Shown here piece by piece: positions 26,801 to 35,375 of a DNA stretch of 53,582 bases. The stretch comes from a virus (Duplodnaviria > Caudoviricetes): IMG/VR virus record IMGVR_UViG_3300024351_000034, positions 1 through 53,582 of that record. One strand, written 5' to 3'. The notes below the pieces were generated by a model. That model was not told where the DNA came from, searched no databases, and was given only the letters and a program-made list of their open reading frames with translations. Position 1 is the first letter of the stretch. Every line of letters begins with the position of its first letter. The position numbers and the translations under genes were made by a program.

Positions 26801-27124
26801 CTGGTCGGTAAGTTCGGTTTCTACAGAAGGTGTAACCGATGGGTCTGTAGCATACAATTTTCCATTTTTTGCGTAGATTAATTTACTTACTGTTGCAGAG
26901 CTTTTTAATGCAGTTAATTCATAAACTGGATTAGAGACATATGTATTCATGATGCCACGGAAACCATTCCTTAAAACAGGAGAGTTACCATCAATCATCA
27001 TGTTTTCGATATTTTGCGCATAACCATCTTTTAATTTATTTGGCTGTATACGCGTGTCCATACCTATCCACGTAACGTCACCTAGAACGTACGATTGCTG
27101 ATTATTCATTGCTCGTATAGCCAT
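23810..27124 (-). CDS. Tail nozzle / tubular protein B (P22 gp10-like) with inserted domains
   Basis: N-terminal WIGMDTR...AQNIENM...LRNG, beta-propeller-like repeats and C-terminal RGTWLELQLSG. Start placed at 27124 (TAATG overlap) rather than 27133. Confidence 0.75.
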   Translation of the reverse strand: MAIRAMNNQQSYVLGDVTWIGMDTRIQPNKLKDGYAQNIENMMIDGNSPVLRNGFRGIMNTYVSNPVYELTALKSSATVSKLIYAKNGKLYATDPSVTPSVETELTDQTTGLSFAFPSSGKNVRMTQYGRYIYGVGGSGSTFSLFRTNGTIAASMPSVSGPTSTKPSAVGIVKQIKTYTSGTYGDSAAQATFSSSLPSDNRILNPLFATATTTTCSNWNTTAGDPSIGTNGGQLVNIKTLPWAGSKGTVSAGADGRTTGNIAHIDKSTDYIVQNVSSLPTYSQNGSTAKVNGLFKLSFYLMNYDDAKPFNGQYLNITVTGHSGTTPGTANRIALFQATADPAPKQTTADWVQFEYVIDFRGFEDTLQSLQVSLANSGWNRDNDPGILVDGVYLYSMLSSANDNATTTDIGLAGFKAAQVNTNIKGKYGGYVANRLIKLAITGTPNMSNDRAIGIRAELHENIRTVEIPISLGIQEAGGISWTGQAAYNPQSRFLEFQLFPIPAAQRDAVTAVYLRFDEDIADVTNDSVLISLGDVVRQGGLTPDNRYTYIYTRWKSAPAAWRATSAYNIVAPPGEGIETLSSAFSPNIESSVAYSSGKVSFTDDGLRTSTSAYTYDYILVYRRCDTIFTDGMPRLIAMIPTNIGTGASYTGQNAKVFDYVTGTLVNSDAVTFDVSWSTNTATYTIYDDVRDTDILYPTNVGRPGMFYHTGRDQLPVGLSSIANHKQRLWTSKDNGLYASWPIDKNNEYGIYTTNIPDVQDPFMAIKGAFITIGSQDDNEKIVNLLSYSAENVVAAGGNTSAILIAYRENSIVPITGFDASSFEAQQFVREPGTGLLAPKGIASVIGHPMHVTSFGISVMNGPQIEPISLPLEGVLNPRSMDYGPTGSSNYIAAPAYADIILLPHERRLYAFAPVAGATSANSNSVIYIYDSRTSGWVKWKMPVFASQQMYVTSAVSCTSINDVSDMYVGSHDGQIYRLEGFTDRQTYSGATQGIDWKIVTRQYGQTYAEGVAYYGLNRPHQLNVHYYSPTATTFTWQLRNNKNVTASGQYTTQANQDKAIGFRQMPNELRGTWLELQLSGTAATSRVEVHALSIMSTEAGVRRG

Positions 27125-29610
27125 TACATGCACCCCACTCGTTTAAACTGCCGAGACAACGTTTCTGTTTTTACAGCAGTTGGAACTATAGTTTGATCTC
27201 TTTCAAATTGACCATTAGTAATATCTACAACATCATACTCTGCATTACCCGGAAGTACTTCTGATAGATTTCGCAATCTAAAAATTGGTAACGTAAACGG
27301 TAAATCGTAACGTTCAGTACTTACTGCGCAAAACGGAGAAACCTCAGTGCCATTAATTAACGGCATAACGTTTTCGTATGCGTCATTTACACAAGTCTCA
27401 ACACCATATGCTCTGACTATAGATTGCGGTATTTCATAGGTGTCTACGTATGATGGAGCGTGTTCATAATTACCATTGATGATGTCTGCAACTTCATAGT
27501 CAATGTTTACAGGTGGTGTTTCAGTTAATAAATGAATTCTAAAAACAGGAAGTGTATATGGCAAGTCGTATGACCCAATAGTGTCAACGCACGGTGGTAT
27601 GACTTCCCAAGCACACGTCAAATCAAAAATATTTTCATACGATGGGCATTCACAAAACGGTGGGATGTAGTAACTAACTGCAATTGTAGCTATAGCAGTT
27701 ATAGTTGTTGTTAATAAATAACCCGGCTGAGATGGGTTTATATTAATAGACCCTAGTGTTGCAACACCACGTACCGTGACCGACGAGTTGTAAGTGATTT
27801 GCCCGTTTAGTGATGCACTTCCGTAAATTGGAGTAATAAAATATGTTGGATTTACAATAGAGTATTTACTATTTAGTGCAGCATTAATGCGTATAGAAAT
27901 ACTAACACCAAATGATGTAATTCTAAACGACAATGTTGCAACGCCACGCATTGCACATAAGGGTTCTATATTATTTTGTATTAAATATGTTGCAGTACAC
28001 ACTGCATAACATTCAATATGTATTTGAGCAAATTCAATTTGCAACAAACTGTCAAGAGTTGCATTGCCAATAATTAAACAGTTGGCATCATAACCAATTT
28101 CTTCATTAGGTTCTAACCTAGAACGACCATTTATTGCAGAACTTACTGGTATATCTGTTTGAACAGTTGGTGTTGTGTTTATTACAGCATAACCACTGAT
28201 TGATGATGAACTACTATACGTAACTATCGAGCTGACTATTGCGTATGCGTATAAGTCAGAATTTGATGGTCGTGTGAATGACGACTGTAAAGATGCGTTA
28301 CCATAGATATCACAGGTTAAAAATCGCGAATACGTTGAATCTAGTCTAGCAAATCCAGATAACTGCGTATTACTACCAATGCCACCGACACTATTAACAA
28401 CAGCATATGCGGAAATAGAACTACTATTAAATTGCGTAAATGTGCTATTAACTACGGCATAACCAATTACACCAACAGAGGATGGTCGATCAATGGTTAC
28501 GCTAACTGTTGATTTGCCAAGTATGTCAATTTGCACATTGACATTTGTAGGTGGTGCATTAGTTGTATATGCATATCCAGATATTTGTGCAGATACAGAA
28601 TACGAACCGGGAGCACTTAACGTGGATACTCCGCGTATGTCCGCAATACTGTTGTATGCATTATCAGCAATAAGTAATCCGCGCCCATTGATTGCAGCAG
28701 TGCGTTCGAATGTGGCAGAGCTATTTACTATTCCGTATCCAGTTATGTTAGCTGCTGCATCACGCGTTATGTTTGCACTGAGATTTGCCGTGCCAGTAAG
28801 TTGTGATGATGCAGACGATAACGATGATCCACTAGCTGTAACTAATGCATACGCAGAAATAGATGATGTTGATTGCCAGTTAATGCTTGCGCTAAGCAAA
28901 CCATAACTGCGAATATCAGAAGATAATAAGATGACCGCACTTGACGATGTAGTTGCAACACCACGAATATCAGAAGACCCAACGTAATTACCGCTTGACG
29001 TTACGACGCCATAACCAGTTAATGAAGAGGTGCCATTCCAGTTATATGCACCCGACATTGTGGCCACACCAAATATAGATGATGACCGTGGATTATCTAT
29101 TGTTGATGTTGCTGTTAGTTGAGCATAACCACTAAGCGTTGATGTTTTATCAAGTTGTATAGATCCTTGAAGGAGTCCATATCCAGATATAGAAGTAGTT
29201 GCCGCATATGATCCATCAGCTTGTAATGTTGATTTACCAAATAGATCTGCGGTGGCAACACGTGTAATGTCTGCTTGTAATCTTGCATACCCAGAAAATG
29301 AAGATGTTGAATTAAAAATTACACTAGATGAAAGAGTGCTGACAGCTCTTATGTCTGATGTTAACTGTATTACTGGTTGCGCTTGTAATAGCGCTTTTCC
29401 AACTGTCTGACTTTCTCCTACGCGGGTAAGTGTTCCAGATAAATTACCGTACGCAGAAATAGAGCAGGTACGCGGAAAACTGACATTAGCAGAAAGGGTG
29501 CTAATGCCATTAAGGCTTGCTGATACCGCATAGTTTCCTGTTAGCGGAGCAGCAAGCCTTGCAGCAATGAAGGCTATAGTTATATAGCCAGCACTATTGA
29601 ATGTAGGCAC
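27124..29610 (-). CDS. Repeat-rich virion fibre/appendage protein (828 aa)
   Basis: About 30 degenerate ~18-aa repeats (S-x-I-x-G-x-A-x-L) plus a duplicated C-terminal domain. Confidence 0.7.
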   Translation of the reverse strand: MPTFNSAGYITIAFIAARLAAPLTGNYAVSASLNGISTLSANVSFPRTCSISAYGNLSGTLTRVGESQTVGKALLQAQPVIQLTSDIRAVSTLSSSVIFNSTSSFSGYARLQADITRVATADLFGKSTLQADGSYAATTSISGYGLLQGSIQLDKTSTLSGYAQLTATSTIDNPRSSSIFGVATMSGAYNWNGTSSLTGYGVVTSSGNYVGSSDIRGVATTSSSAVILLSSDIRSYGLLSASINWQSTSSISAYALVTASGSSLSSASSQLTGTANLSANITRDAAANITGYGIVNSSATFERTAAINGRGLLIADNAYNSIADIRGVSTLSAPGSYSVSAQISGYAYTTNAPPTNVNVQIDILGKSTVSVTIDRPSSVGVIGYAVVNSTFTQFNSSSISAYAVVNSVGGIGSNTQLSGFARLDSTYSRFLTCDIYGNASLQSSFTRPSNSDLYAYAIVSSIVTYSSSSSISGYAVINTTPTVQTDIPVSSAINGRSRLEPNEEIGYDANCLIIGNATLDSLLQIEFAQIHIECYAVCTATYLIQNNIEPLCAMRGVATLSFRITSFGVSISIRINAALNSKYSIVNPTYFITPIYGSASLNGQITYNSSVTVRGVATLGSININPSQPGYLLTTTITAIATIAVSYYIPPFCECPSYENIFDLTCAWEVIPPCVDTIGSYDLPYTLPVFRIHLLTETPPVNIDYEVADIINGNYEHAPSYVDTYEIPQSIVRAYGVETCVNDAYENVMPLINGTEVSPFCAVSTERYDLPFTLPIFRLRNLSEVLPGNAEYDVVDITNGQFERDQTIVPTAVKTETLSRQFKRVGCM

Positions 29611-29614
29611 AGTA

Positions 29615-30079
29615 TTAGTCTAACTGTACAGTAATTGCTCCAGCTGCAAATGTAATAGACTGCCCACTATTAAGTGTGACCGATCCACCAGTCAATTCGC
29701 CGTAATACAGCAGACTAGTGTCAGATGAAATCGTTGCACTTAACGTAGCGCTAGTACAAATTGCAATTCCTGTAATGCCAGCAATAGTTCCTGTGGCACT
29801 AAAAGAGATTGCGTTAATGTTTGCTAACACCGGAGTGGCAGCGTCAGCATCACCAGTAGATCCCTGCTTTTGAAAGCATTGAGATGCTGTTGCTGTAAAT
29901 GCAATGCGTGATGTGTATCCAGATCCAGATGTAACCTCCGCCACTGAACTGTCAGTTAACGCGTTTGTTAATAACGCGAGATAAAGTGTTGCTCCACCAG
30001 TTGCTGTGAATGCAACACCACGTAGAGTTGAGTTTAAAACCTTTGCCTCTAAATGATTAGCGAATGCTGTATTTGCCAT
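29615..30079 (-). CDS. Small beta-rich phage structural (fibre-type) protein
   Basis: ANHLEAKVLNSTLRG...LYLALLT...EVTSGSGY.R...LLYYGEL...ITFAAGAITVQLD is a pattern common in phage structural proteins that precede long repeat proteins. Confidence 0.65.
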   Translation of the reverse strand: MANTAFANHLEAKVLNSTLRGVAFTATGGATLYLALLTNALTDSSVAEVTSGSGYTSRIAFTATASQCFQKQGSTGDADAATPVLANINAISFSATGTIAGITGIAICTSATLSATISSDTSLLYYGELTGGSVTLNSGQSITFAAGAITVQLD

Positions 30080-30080
30080 G

Positions 30081-30899
30081 TTAACCTACCTTTACAATTG
30101 GAGCTGCTGATCCACTTGTTGTTATGGTGGCGGACCAGATTACAGTCGTGTCAGATTCATTATATACATCAACTTGTGCTCCAGATGATGCATCAATTTT
30201 ATTGCGTAAAATACGCAATGCGTTTCTAACCGTCCTGTCCGACGATGTAGTAGATGTCTCATTGCCTGAGCTATCTAACTTTCGAGCAAGAATACCATCT
30301 GCAATTTCAGCAACTGCCGAAGCAGATAATTCAGCGTTGGTAATAGCATCAGTTGCAATTGCATTTGCATCAATTGCTCCTGCTGCAAATGAGGTGTTAC
30401 TGATAGCTGAAGAACCAACAGTTCCAATTGTCTGACTAGACGAGATTGTAGTGCCAGTCAGTGCTAATGCTGTAGTTGGAGAACCAACGTTAGCCCAATC
30501 AATGCCAGCTTCTCCACCAGTAGTAACATCAAGTTTACGACCAGCTGTAGTTGGATATAAAGATGCTTGATTTCTAAGTGTAAACCTACCAACACATGAT
30601 CCAACTACACTTACAGAATCAACTGTGCCAGTAGTTATCACGCACTCAAATGATGAACCATCAGAATAAAATGTACCATCCAATGAGGTATCAATTTTTA
30701 CGTGATTCAAACCAGTGACAGAATCAAAGTCAACAGTTAATGTTACTCCGGTAGTCGATTGCGTAATACTGTCATCTTTGTATACAGAAATCGCAGGTGT
30801 TCCTGCTAATGTAAAACAAGCTCCTGTAGATGGCCTAAATGTTGTAAATTTAAAATTAATAACATTGGTTGTTGCGTAGTCGCCAAGATATTTACTCAT
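30081..30899 (-). CDS. Virion appendage protein, paralog of 32223-33374
   Basis: Thr/Ser/Gly-rich; shares the C-terminal domain IAD..L.R.LDSSG...RTVR.ALR..RNK. Confidence 0.65.
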   Translation of the reverse strand: MSKYLGDYATTNVINFKFTTFRPSTGACFTLAGTPAISVYKDDSITQSTTGVTLTVDFDSVTGLNHVKIDTSLDGTFYSDGSSFECVITTGTVDSVSVVGSCVGRFTLRNQASLYPTTAGRKLDVTTGGEAGIDWANVGSPTTALALTGTTISSSQTIGTVGSSAISNTSFAAGAIDANAIATDAITNAELSASAVAEIADGILARKLDSSGNETSTTSSDRTVRNALRILRNKIDASSGAQVDVYNESDTTVIWSATITTSGSAAPIVKVG

Positions 30900-32005
30900 C
30901 CTACATAACCTCCCAATGGACTTGCAGCTAATCCTGCATTAATAGGATTATCTTCAGCAGAACCTACGGCTGGTGGTGATGGTCGCGTATAGCCATACAT
31001 GTCGGTTGCTGGTGCGCCAGTTGCTGTACCATCGCCACTAACCACATTTGATACATATGGCATCCAGAACGGTCTATTAGGAGTATTAAATAACGTGTTA
31101 GCACTAAAACCAAGACATGCATTAACGTTTTGCAATGTGTTTAATCCTGTGGCTACATTAGATCTAGGACCTGTGTATCCAGATAACCTATTCCAATCCT
31201 CATCCATTTGACCAAGAGTGAATGCAACAAATGGAGTTGTTGCAAAAATAATATATGTATTACGCACAGTGACGGATGCAGTTGTTGATCTATAGGTAGA
31301 CGTATTTATCTGAATACTATTTGTGCCACCCCATAACGTGCAATTTGTTATAGTGATTCCACTTAATGTGCCTGTGGTGCCAGCAGAGTTCATGAATACG
31401 CATCTATTTGTCTGTGCTTGCATATAACAGTTCTGCACTGTTATATCCATATTTAAATCTCCAGATGTTGGAGCTGAACCTACAATAACTAAAGTGTCCG
31501 ATCTGCCAACTAAAATGCAATTTTTAATAATGTGGCTACCACTGTTGTTAGATGGAGATTCTAAACGACAACAGTTTGCACCAGTAGACACAAATACGCA
31601 TCTATCAATAACGTTGAAGCGTGATGTGGCTACACGCAAAGCATATCCAGAACCACTTTCAAATCGTATGCCATAAAAATTTAAATAATTGCGAGACGAT
31701 GTGTTGAGTGTGTCGGATGCTGACGGTGCTGAATCATCACCTGATGTAAATCCAGTTATCCTAACTTCACCTGCTGTACCAAATATAGCCCCATCAAAAT
31801 CACCTTTGATGTACGTATTGGCAGTAGGATTTGTCATTGCTACTGTTACAGTTTCACGATAAACACCAGCTGCTATCCATAACGTGTCACCACTAGCAAA
31901 ACCAGATGTTGCACCTAACGCGTACGCAATAGTAAGCCACGGAGCAGTTGTAGACGTCCCTGCATTAGCATTAGATCCTGTCGTACTAACGTAATATGTA
32001 GCCAC
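30896..32005 (-). CDS. Right-handed parallel beta-helix protein (pectate-lyase-like, DUF1565-type N-terminus)
   Basis: YYVSTTGSNANAGT...PWLTI...GDTLWIAAGVYRE, repeated I.NC strands, C-terminal TDMYGYTRP...VGSAE. Confidence 0.8.
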   Translation of the reverse strand: MATYYVSTTGSNANAGTSTTAPWLTIAYALGATSGFASGDTLWIAAGVYRETVTVAMTNPTANTYIKGDFDGAIFGTAGEVRITGFTSGDDSAPSASDTLNTSSRNYLNFYGIRFESGSGYALRVATSRFNVIDRCVFVSTGANCCRLESPSNNSGSHIIKNCILVGRSDTLVIVGSAPTSGDLNMDITVQNCYMQAQTNRCVFMNSAGTTGTLSGITITNCTLWGGTNSIQINTSTYRSTTASVTVRNTYIIFATTPFVAFTLGQMDEDWNRLSGYTGPRSNVATGLNTLQNVNACLGFSANTLFNTPNRPFWMPYVSNVVSGDGTATGAPATDMYGYTRPSPPAVGSAEDNPINAGLAASPLGGYVG

Positions 32006-32223
32006 TAATCATTACCTACAATTTGTTTACCGATAACAGCAGAAAATAGTAATACGTATTCGCGCTGAAATTCTTCTGATTGACTATTCCACCACTGATT
32101 AACAGATAAACCATCTACGCCAAAATCATGTACAACATTTCCTGCGTCATCCTGTATTGTCCCTTTTATCAACCAATCAGGGACAGGAGATGCAATGTGT
32201 TCAAACGTAACCATCATATTCAT
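32005..32223 (-). CDS. Small hypothetical protein (72 aa)
   Basis: Overlaps both neighbours by one base, consistent with translational coupling. Confidence 0.7.
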   Translation of the reverse strand: MNMMVTFEHIASPVPDWLIKGTIQDDAGNVVHDFGVDGLSVNQWWNSQSEEFQREYVLLFSAVIGKQIVGND

Positions 32224-33374
32224 TAACTGCCACCTGTCGGATTAACTGTAACGTCTGCAGTATTTGATAATGTACCTGTCCATGCAGTAGTCGCATCATC
32301 CTCTTTATAAACAGTCATTGTGCCAGATCCGACACTAACTTTGTTTCGCATTGCGCGTAATGCGGACCGAACCGTTCTTTCGTCTGTTGTGTCAGTCCCG
32401 CTGCCACTACTATCTAAGTTGCGACTTAAAACAGCATCCGCAATTTGTACTGCGGTTGGTGGTGTTGCGCCACCAGTAAGTTCTGCAACATATGTGGCAT
32501 CCGTTGCAGCAGCAGTTAATACATCATTCTGAAATGCGTGTACATCAGCAGCAATGTGATTTGAACCCGTAACGGCACATGTAGACTGTGATGTAGTTGA
32601 CCGCAATAATCTCTGACCAAAACTGTTTGCAACAGTATAAGAACTAAGCAATGCATCCCAGACAGCAGACGCAGTTTGGCCAGCAGTTAAAGGCGCCGTA
32701 GTCAATGAGTATCCAGTCTTGTCATTATTTGTTGTAACAGTTACACCAGTAGTCACTGAATTGACAGCTCCTGTAACTGATCCTACACTTCCAGTTGTAC
32801 TAAATGTCTGTGACGTAGCAAGAGAAAATCCAGTCTTGTCACCAACAAGTACTGAAGCACCAATATCACGAGCAGTTTGTGCTGTACCGTTAATCTGCAA
32901 TACGTTCACAGCGCCAGAAGCATTAACCGATAGTGGAACACCACCTGATGCTCCTGCAGTTGCGTTTGGTAAAGCAGTCATACCCATACGCACAGAATCA
33001 TCTGGATTGAATTGAACTATCTGGTATTCCAATACAACTGGAGCCATGTTTGTAGCTCCTTTTAAAATTAAAATAGCTTTATCAGTACCTGCAACAGAAA
33101 ATAATCCATTTGGTACGTCAAATCTATAGATGCCCGGCATATTTGTATTATCTACAGCTACAAATCCACCGGATGAATATGCGGCCGTGGCAGACGCCAA
33201 AGTGACTAATGTAATGTTTGTACGAGCGCCACGCTCAACACAATAATCAGCAGTTAATCCAGCAGAGTTAAACAATAGGTTAGCAAGACCAGCTCCAGTT
33301 GTACTTGATGAATCCTGTATAAATATATATTCGGATCTTGACGTATTGTTAGCCTGTACAAAATGCTTAGCCAT
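32223..33374 (-). CDS. Virion appendage protein, paralog of 30081-30899
   Basis: N-terminal IFIQDSSSTTGAGL...MPGIYRFDVP domain, VGSVTGAV repeats and the shared C-terminal domain. Confidence 0.65.
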   Translation of the reverse strand: MAKHFVQANNTSRSEYIFIQDSSSTTGAGLANLLFNSAGLTADYCVERGARTNITLVTLASATAAYSSGGFVAVDNTNMPGIYRFDVPNGLFSVAGTDKAILILKGATNMAPVVLEYQIVQFNPDDSVRMGMTALPNATAGASGGVPLSVNASGAVNVLQINGTAQTARDIGASVLVGDKTGFSLATSQTFSTTGSVGSVTGAVNSVTTGVTVTTNNDKTGYSLTTAPLTAGQTASAVWDALLSSYTVANSFGQRLLRSTTSQSTCAVTGSNHIAADVHAFQNDVLTAAATDATYVAELTGGATPPTAVQIADAVLSRNLDSSGSGTDTTDERTVRSALRAMRNKVSVGSGTMTVYKEDDATTAWTGTLSNTADVTVNPTGGS

Positions 33375-34512
33375 TTATCCCTCCACTTAATCCGGGATGT
33401 ACTTTCATACCTCCAGTTGATGTACCAGCATCTAAAGCGACAACAATTGCTTGCATTGCAAATAATTGGTTGGTGTTTTCAGTCCATGCGCCAGCATTAG
33501 TTCTAGACGTATATTGAACATCTGCAGCATTACCCAAAATTGCAGTTTTGTCCGCATCAGCCCTAAATGTAAAATATTGAACGTTTCCCATGGCTGTCGT
33601 TGTAGACGGACGTACAACTAACCTATAATACGAACCAGCCGTCAAGGTAGGAAGCGTTGCTCCTGTAAACAAATAATTATACGCACCATGAGTTGCTTGA
33701 TTCTGTTGGTCAACGTCAGCAGTGACTGACGCTAATACTGTAGTTCCGTTAGTGTCATACAATAACACGTCAAAGTTTGCAGCAACAAGGCAACCTAATC
33801 GCACACCAGATATTTGATATGTGCTACATGTACCGGTAGGCATTCTAAAATACATGCCGTATTCATCTGGAGTAGAGCCACTATTGTTATTAAGTGACGT
33901 AACCGTTTCATACGGTTGCCCATATGTTTTAGTAGATGATCTATATAAAAACGTTGGGCAGTCAACAGTATTGTCAGCATAAGAAGCCGACGTAATACCG
34001 CCACAGTAAGGAAAATTATATGATGGATACGTCGTTGTAAATCCTGTACGGATGTTTATAAAATTACTTGTATCCCATGTACCAGCTAATGGATCTGCAC
34101 ATATACCAAATACAGTTCCTCTGGAAATAGTAACTGCTGTTGTTAAGGTAGCAATTAAATTTTGGTTAGTTGTAATACCTGTTGTTGCATTAAAATCTTG
34201 ATATGCAGTTCCAGCAGCTCCACTAAACGTTGCATCAGCCCATGTAGGCGTTGGTGATGTTGTTGGAAAACCTGTTGTAGCGTCAATATACGTTATCCCG
34301 ACTCTTAAACCTGTTGCTGTATTTCCCGGTGATCCTGTTCTTGTTGTAACATGAAATCCAACGGCAGTAATTGTAATACTTTCTTCTGCCTGACATATCC
34401 ACACCTGCGCATCACTTGTTCCATTAATAGCAATGTTAGCTGCAGCAGTTATTAAGCCACCTTGTGGCATGATAATGCGAGGATATAAAAAATCGACTTC
34501 TGTTAGTGCCAT
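33367..34512 (-). CDS. Beta-sandwich-rich virion protein (381 aa)
   Basis: Thr/Gly-rich, probably two jelly-roll-like halves (TISRGTVFGI vs TLTAGSYYRLV); ends GGMKVHPGLSGGING. Confidence 0.6.
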   Translation of the reverse strand: MALTEVDFLYPRIIMPQGGLITAAANIAINGTSDAQVWICQAEESITITAVGFHVTTRTGSPGNTATGLRVGITYIDATTGFPTTSPTPTWADATFSGAAGTAYQDFNATTGITTNQNLIATLTTAVTISRGTVFGICADPLAGTWDTSNFINIRTGFTTTYPSYNFPYCGGITSASYADNTVDCPTFLYRSSTKTYGQPYETVTSLNNNSGSTPDEYGMYFRMPTGTCSTYQISGVRLGCLVAANFDVLLYDTNGTTVLASVTADVDQQNQATHGAYNYLFTGATLPTLTAGSYYRLVVRPSTTTAMGNVQYFTFRADADKTAILGNAADVQYTSRTNAGAWTENTNQLFAMQAIVVALDAGTSTGGMKVHPGLSGGING

Positions 34513-34794
34513 TTACATTGACCAGCGTTTCTTATGCCAAAACAACGCCCATGAAAATAAACCAGCAAGGCCAATGTGTACATACAATTCACTTATTTCC
34601 GCATGCGATAGTCTCAATGCACTCAATAACGATCCAGACGCAATCAAACACAAAGATAGTCGTATCCATGTTTTAATGATAAATGGCATGTGCTCAATAG
34701 GACTTTTTTCATGGCGCAATAAAGCCATAAATCCAGTTGTAGTTAAAGTTATAACCGAATGAGCAATAACATTAATCAGAACTTTGAGATCCAC
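34513..34794 (-). CDS. Small membrane protein with ~3 TM segments (holin/antiholin-like)
   Basis: Three hydrophobic segments and a basic C-terminus. Confidence 0.55.
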   Translation of the reverse strand: MDLKVLINVIAHSVITLTTTGFMALLRHEKSPIEHMPFIIKTWIRLSLCLIASGSLLSALRLSHAEISELYVHIGLAGLFSWALFWHKKRWSM

Positions 34795-35086
34795 TTGATT
34801 TATCCTTTATTGCATATAAGTTTAATTTTGAAGCCACAGCTTCAACTCCACGTAAACCTAAAGTACCCATAAAGAATGAAAGCCCCAGCATATACTTAGG
34901 GTCTTTAATGTTTAACGGTGCAGCAATTATAGGCGTTAAATATGTAGCACTAGCAGTACCACTAATTACTGATAATACTAATGCGCCAAAATTTTGGTGG
35001 GACTGTTTGCTCACACCAACAATACTCCCAAAAAAGCCAGCTACAATTTGTTGAATATCGTCCACGGATAAACCTACTTTATTCAT
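34772..35086 (-). CDS. Putative holin
   Basis: AGFFGSIVGV...VISGTASATYLTP...GLSFFMGTLG is a typical 3-TM phage holin-like pattern. Start set at MNKV (35086) after GAGGG. Confidence 0.65.
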   Translation of the reverse strand: MNKVGLSVDDIQQIVAGFFGSIVGVSKQSHQNFGALVLSVISGTASATYLTPIIAAPLNIKDPKYMLGLSFFMGTLGLRGVEAVASKLNLYAIKDKSSGSQSSD

Positions 35087-35375
35087 TTGGATCCCTCGTT
35101 GCTTCACTCACCTTAGTCACCTCTGGTAATTTTAACGAAAAAACAGGAAGCGTACTATCTTGTCTCATAAAAAAAGCAATGAGGGCTGTAGCCGTTGCTG
35201 GAATACCAGCACGAATACCCTCAATGCTTGATAGTAATAACGCACGAGTTACTGTCCCAAATGATGCTGAGTCAACTACATGTTGCGCTTTCCACGCTGC
35301 GTCAAATTCTGGAGCAGCACTTGCAGTAAAAGCGCCTAATGCAATGAGGATTAATCGACCCCATGCAACATTCAT
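35079..35375 (-). CDS. Small membrane protein (holin-like)
   Basis: Two hydrophobic segments; clustered with two other membrane genes. Confidence 0.5.
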   Translation of the reverse strand: MNVAWGRLILIALGAFTASAAPEFDAAWKAQHVVDSASFGTVTRALLLSSIEGIRAGIPATATALIAFFMRQDSTLPVFSLKLPEVTKVSEATRDPNE

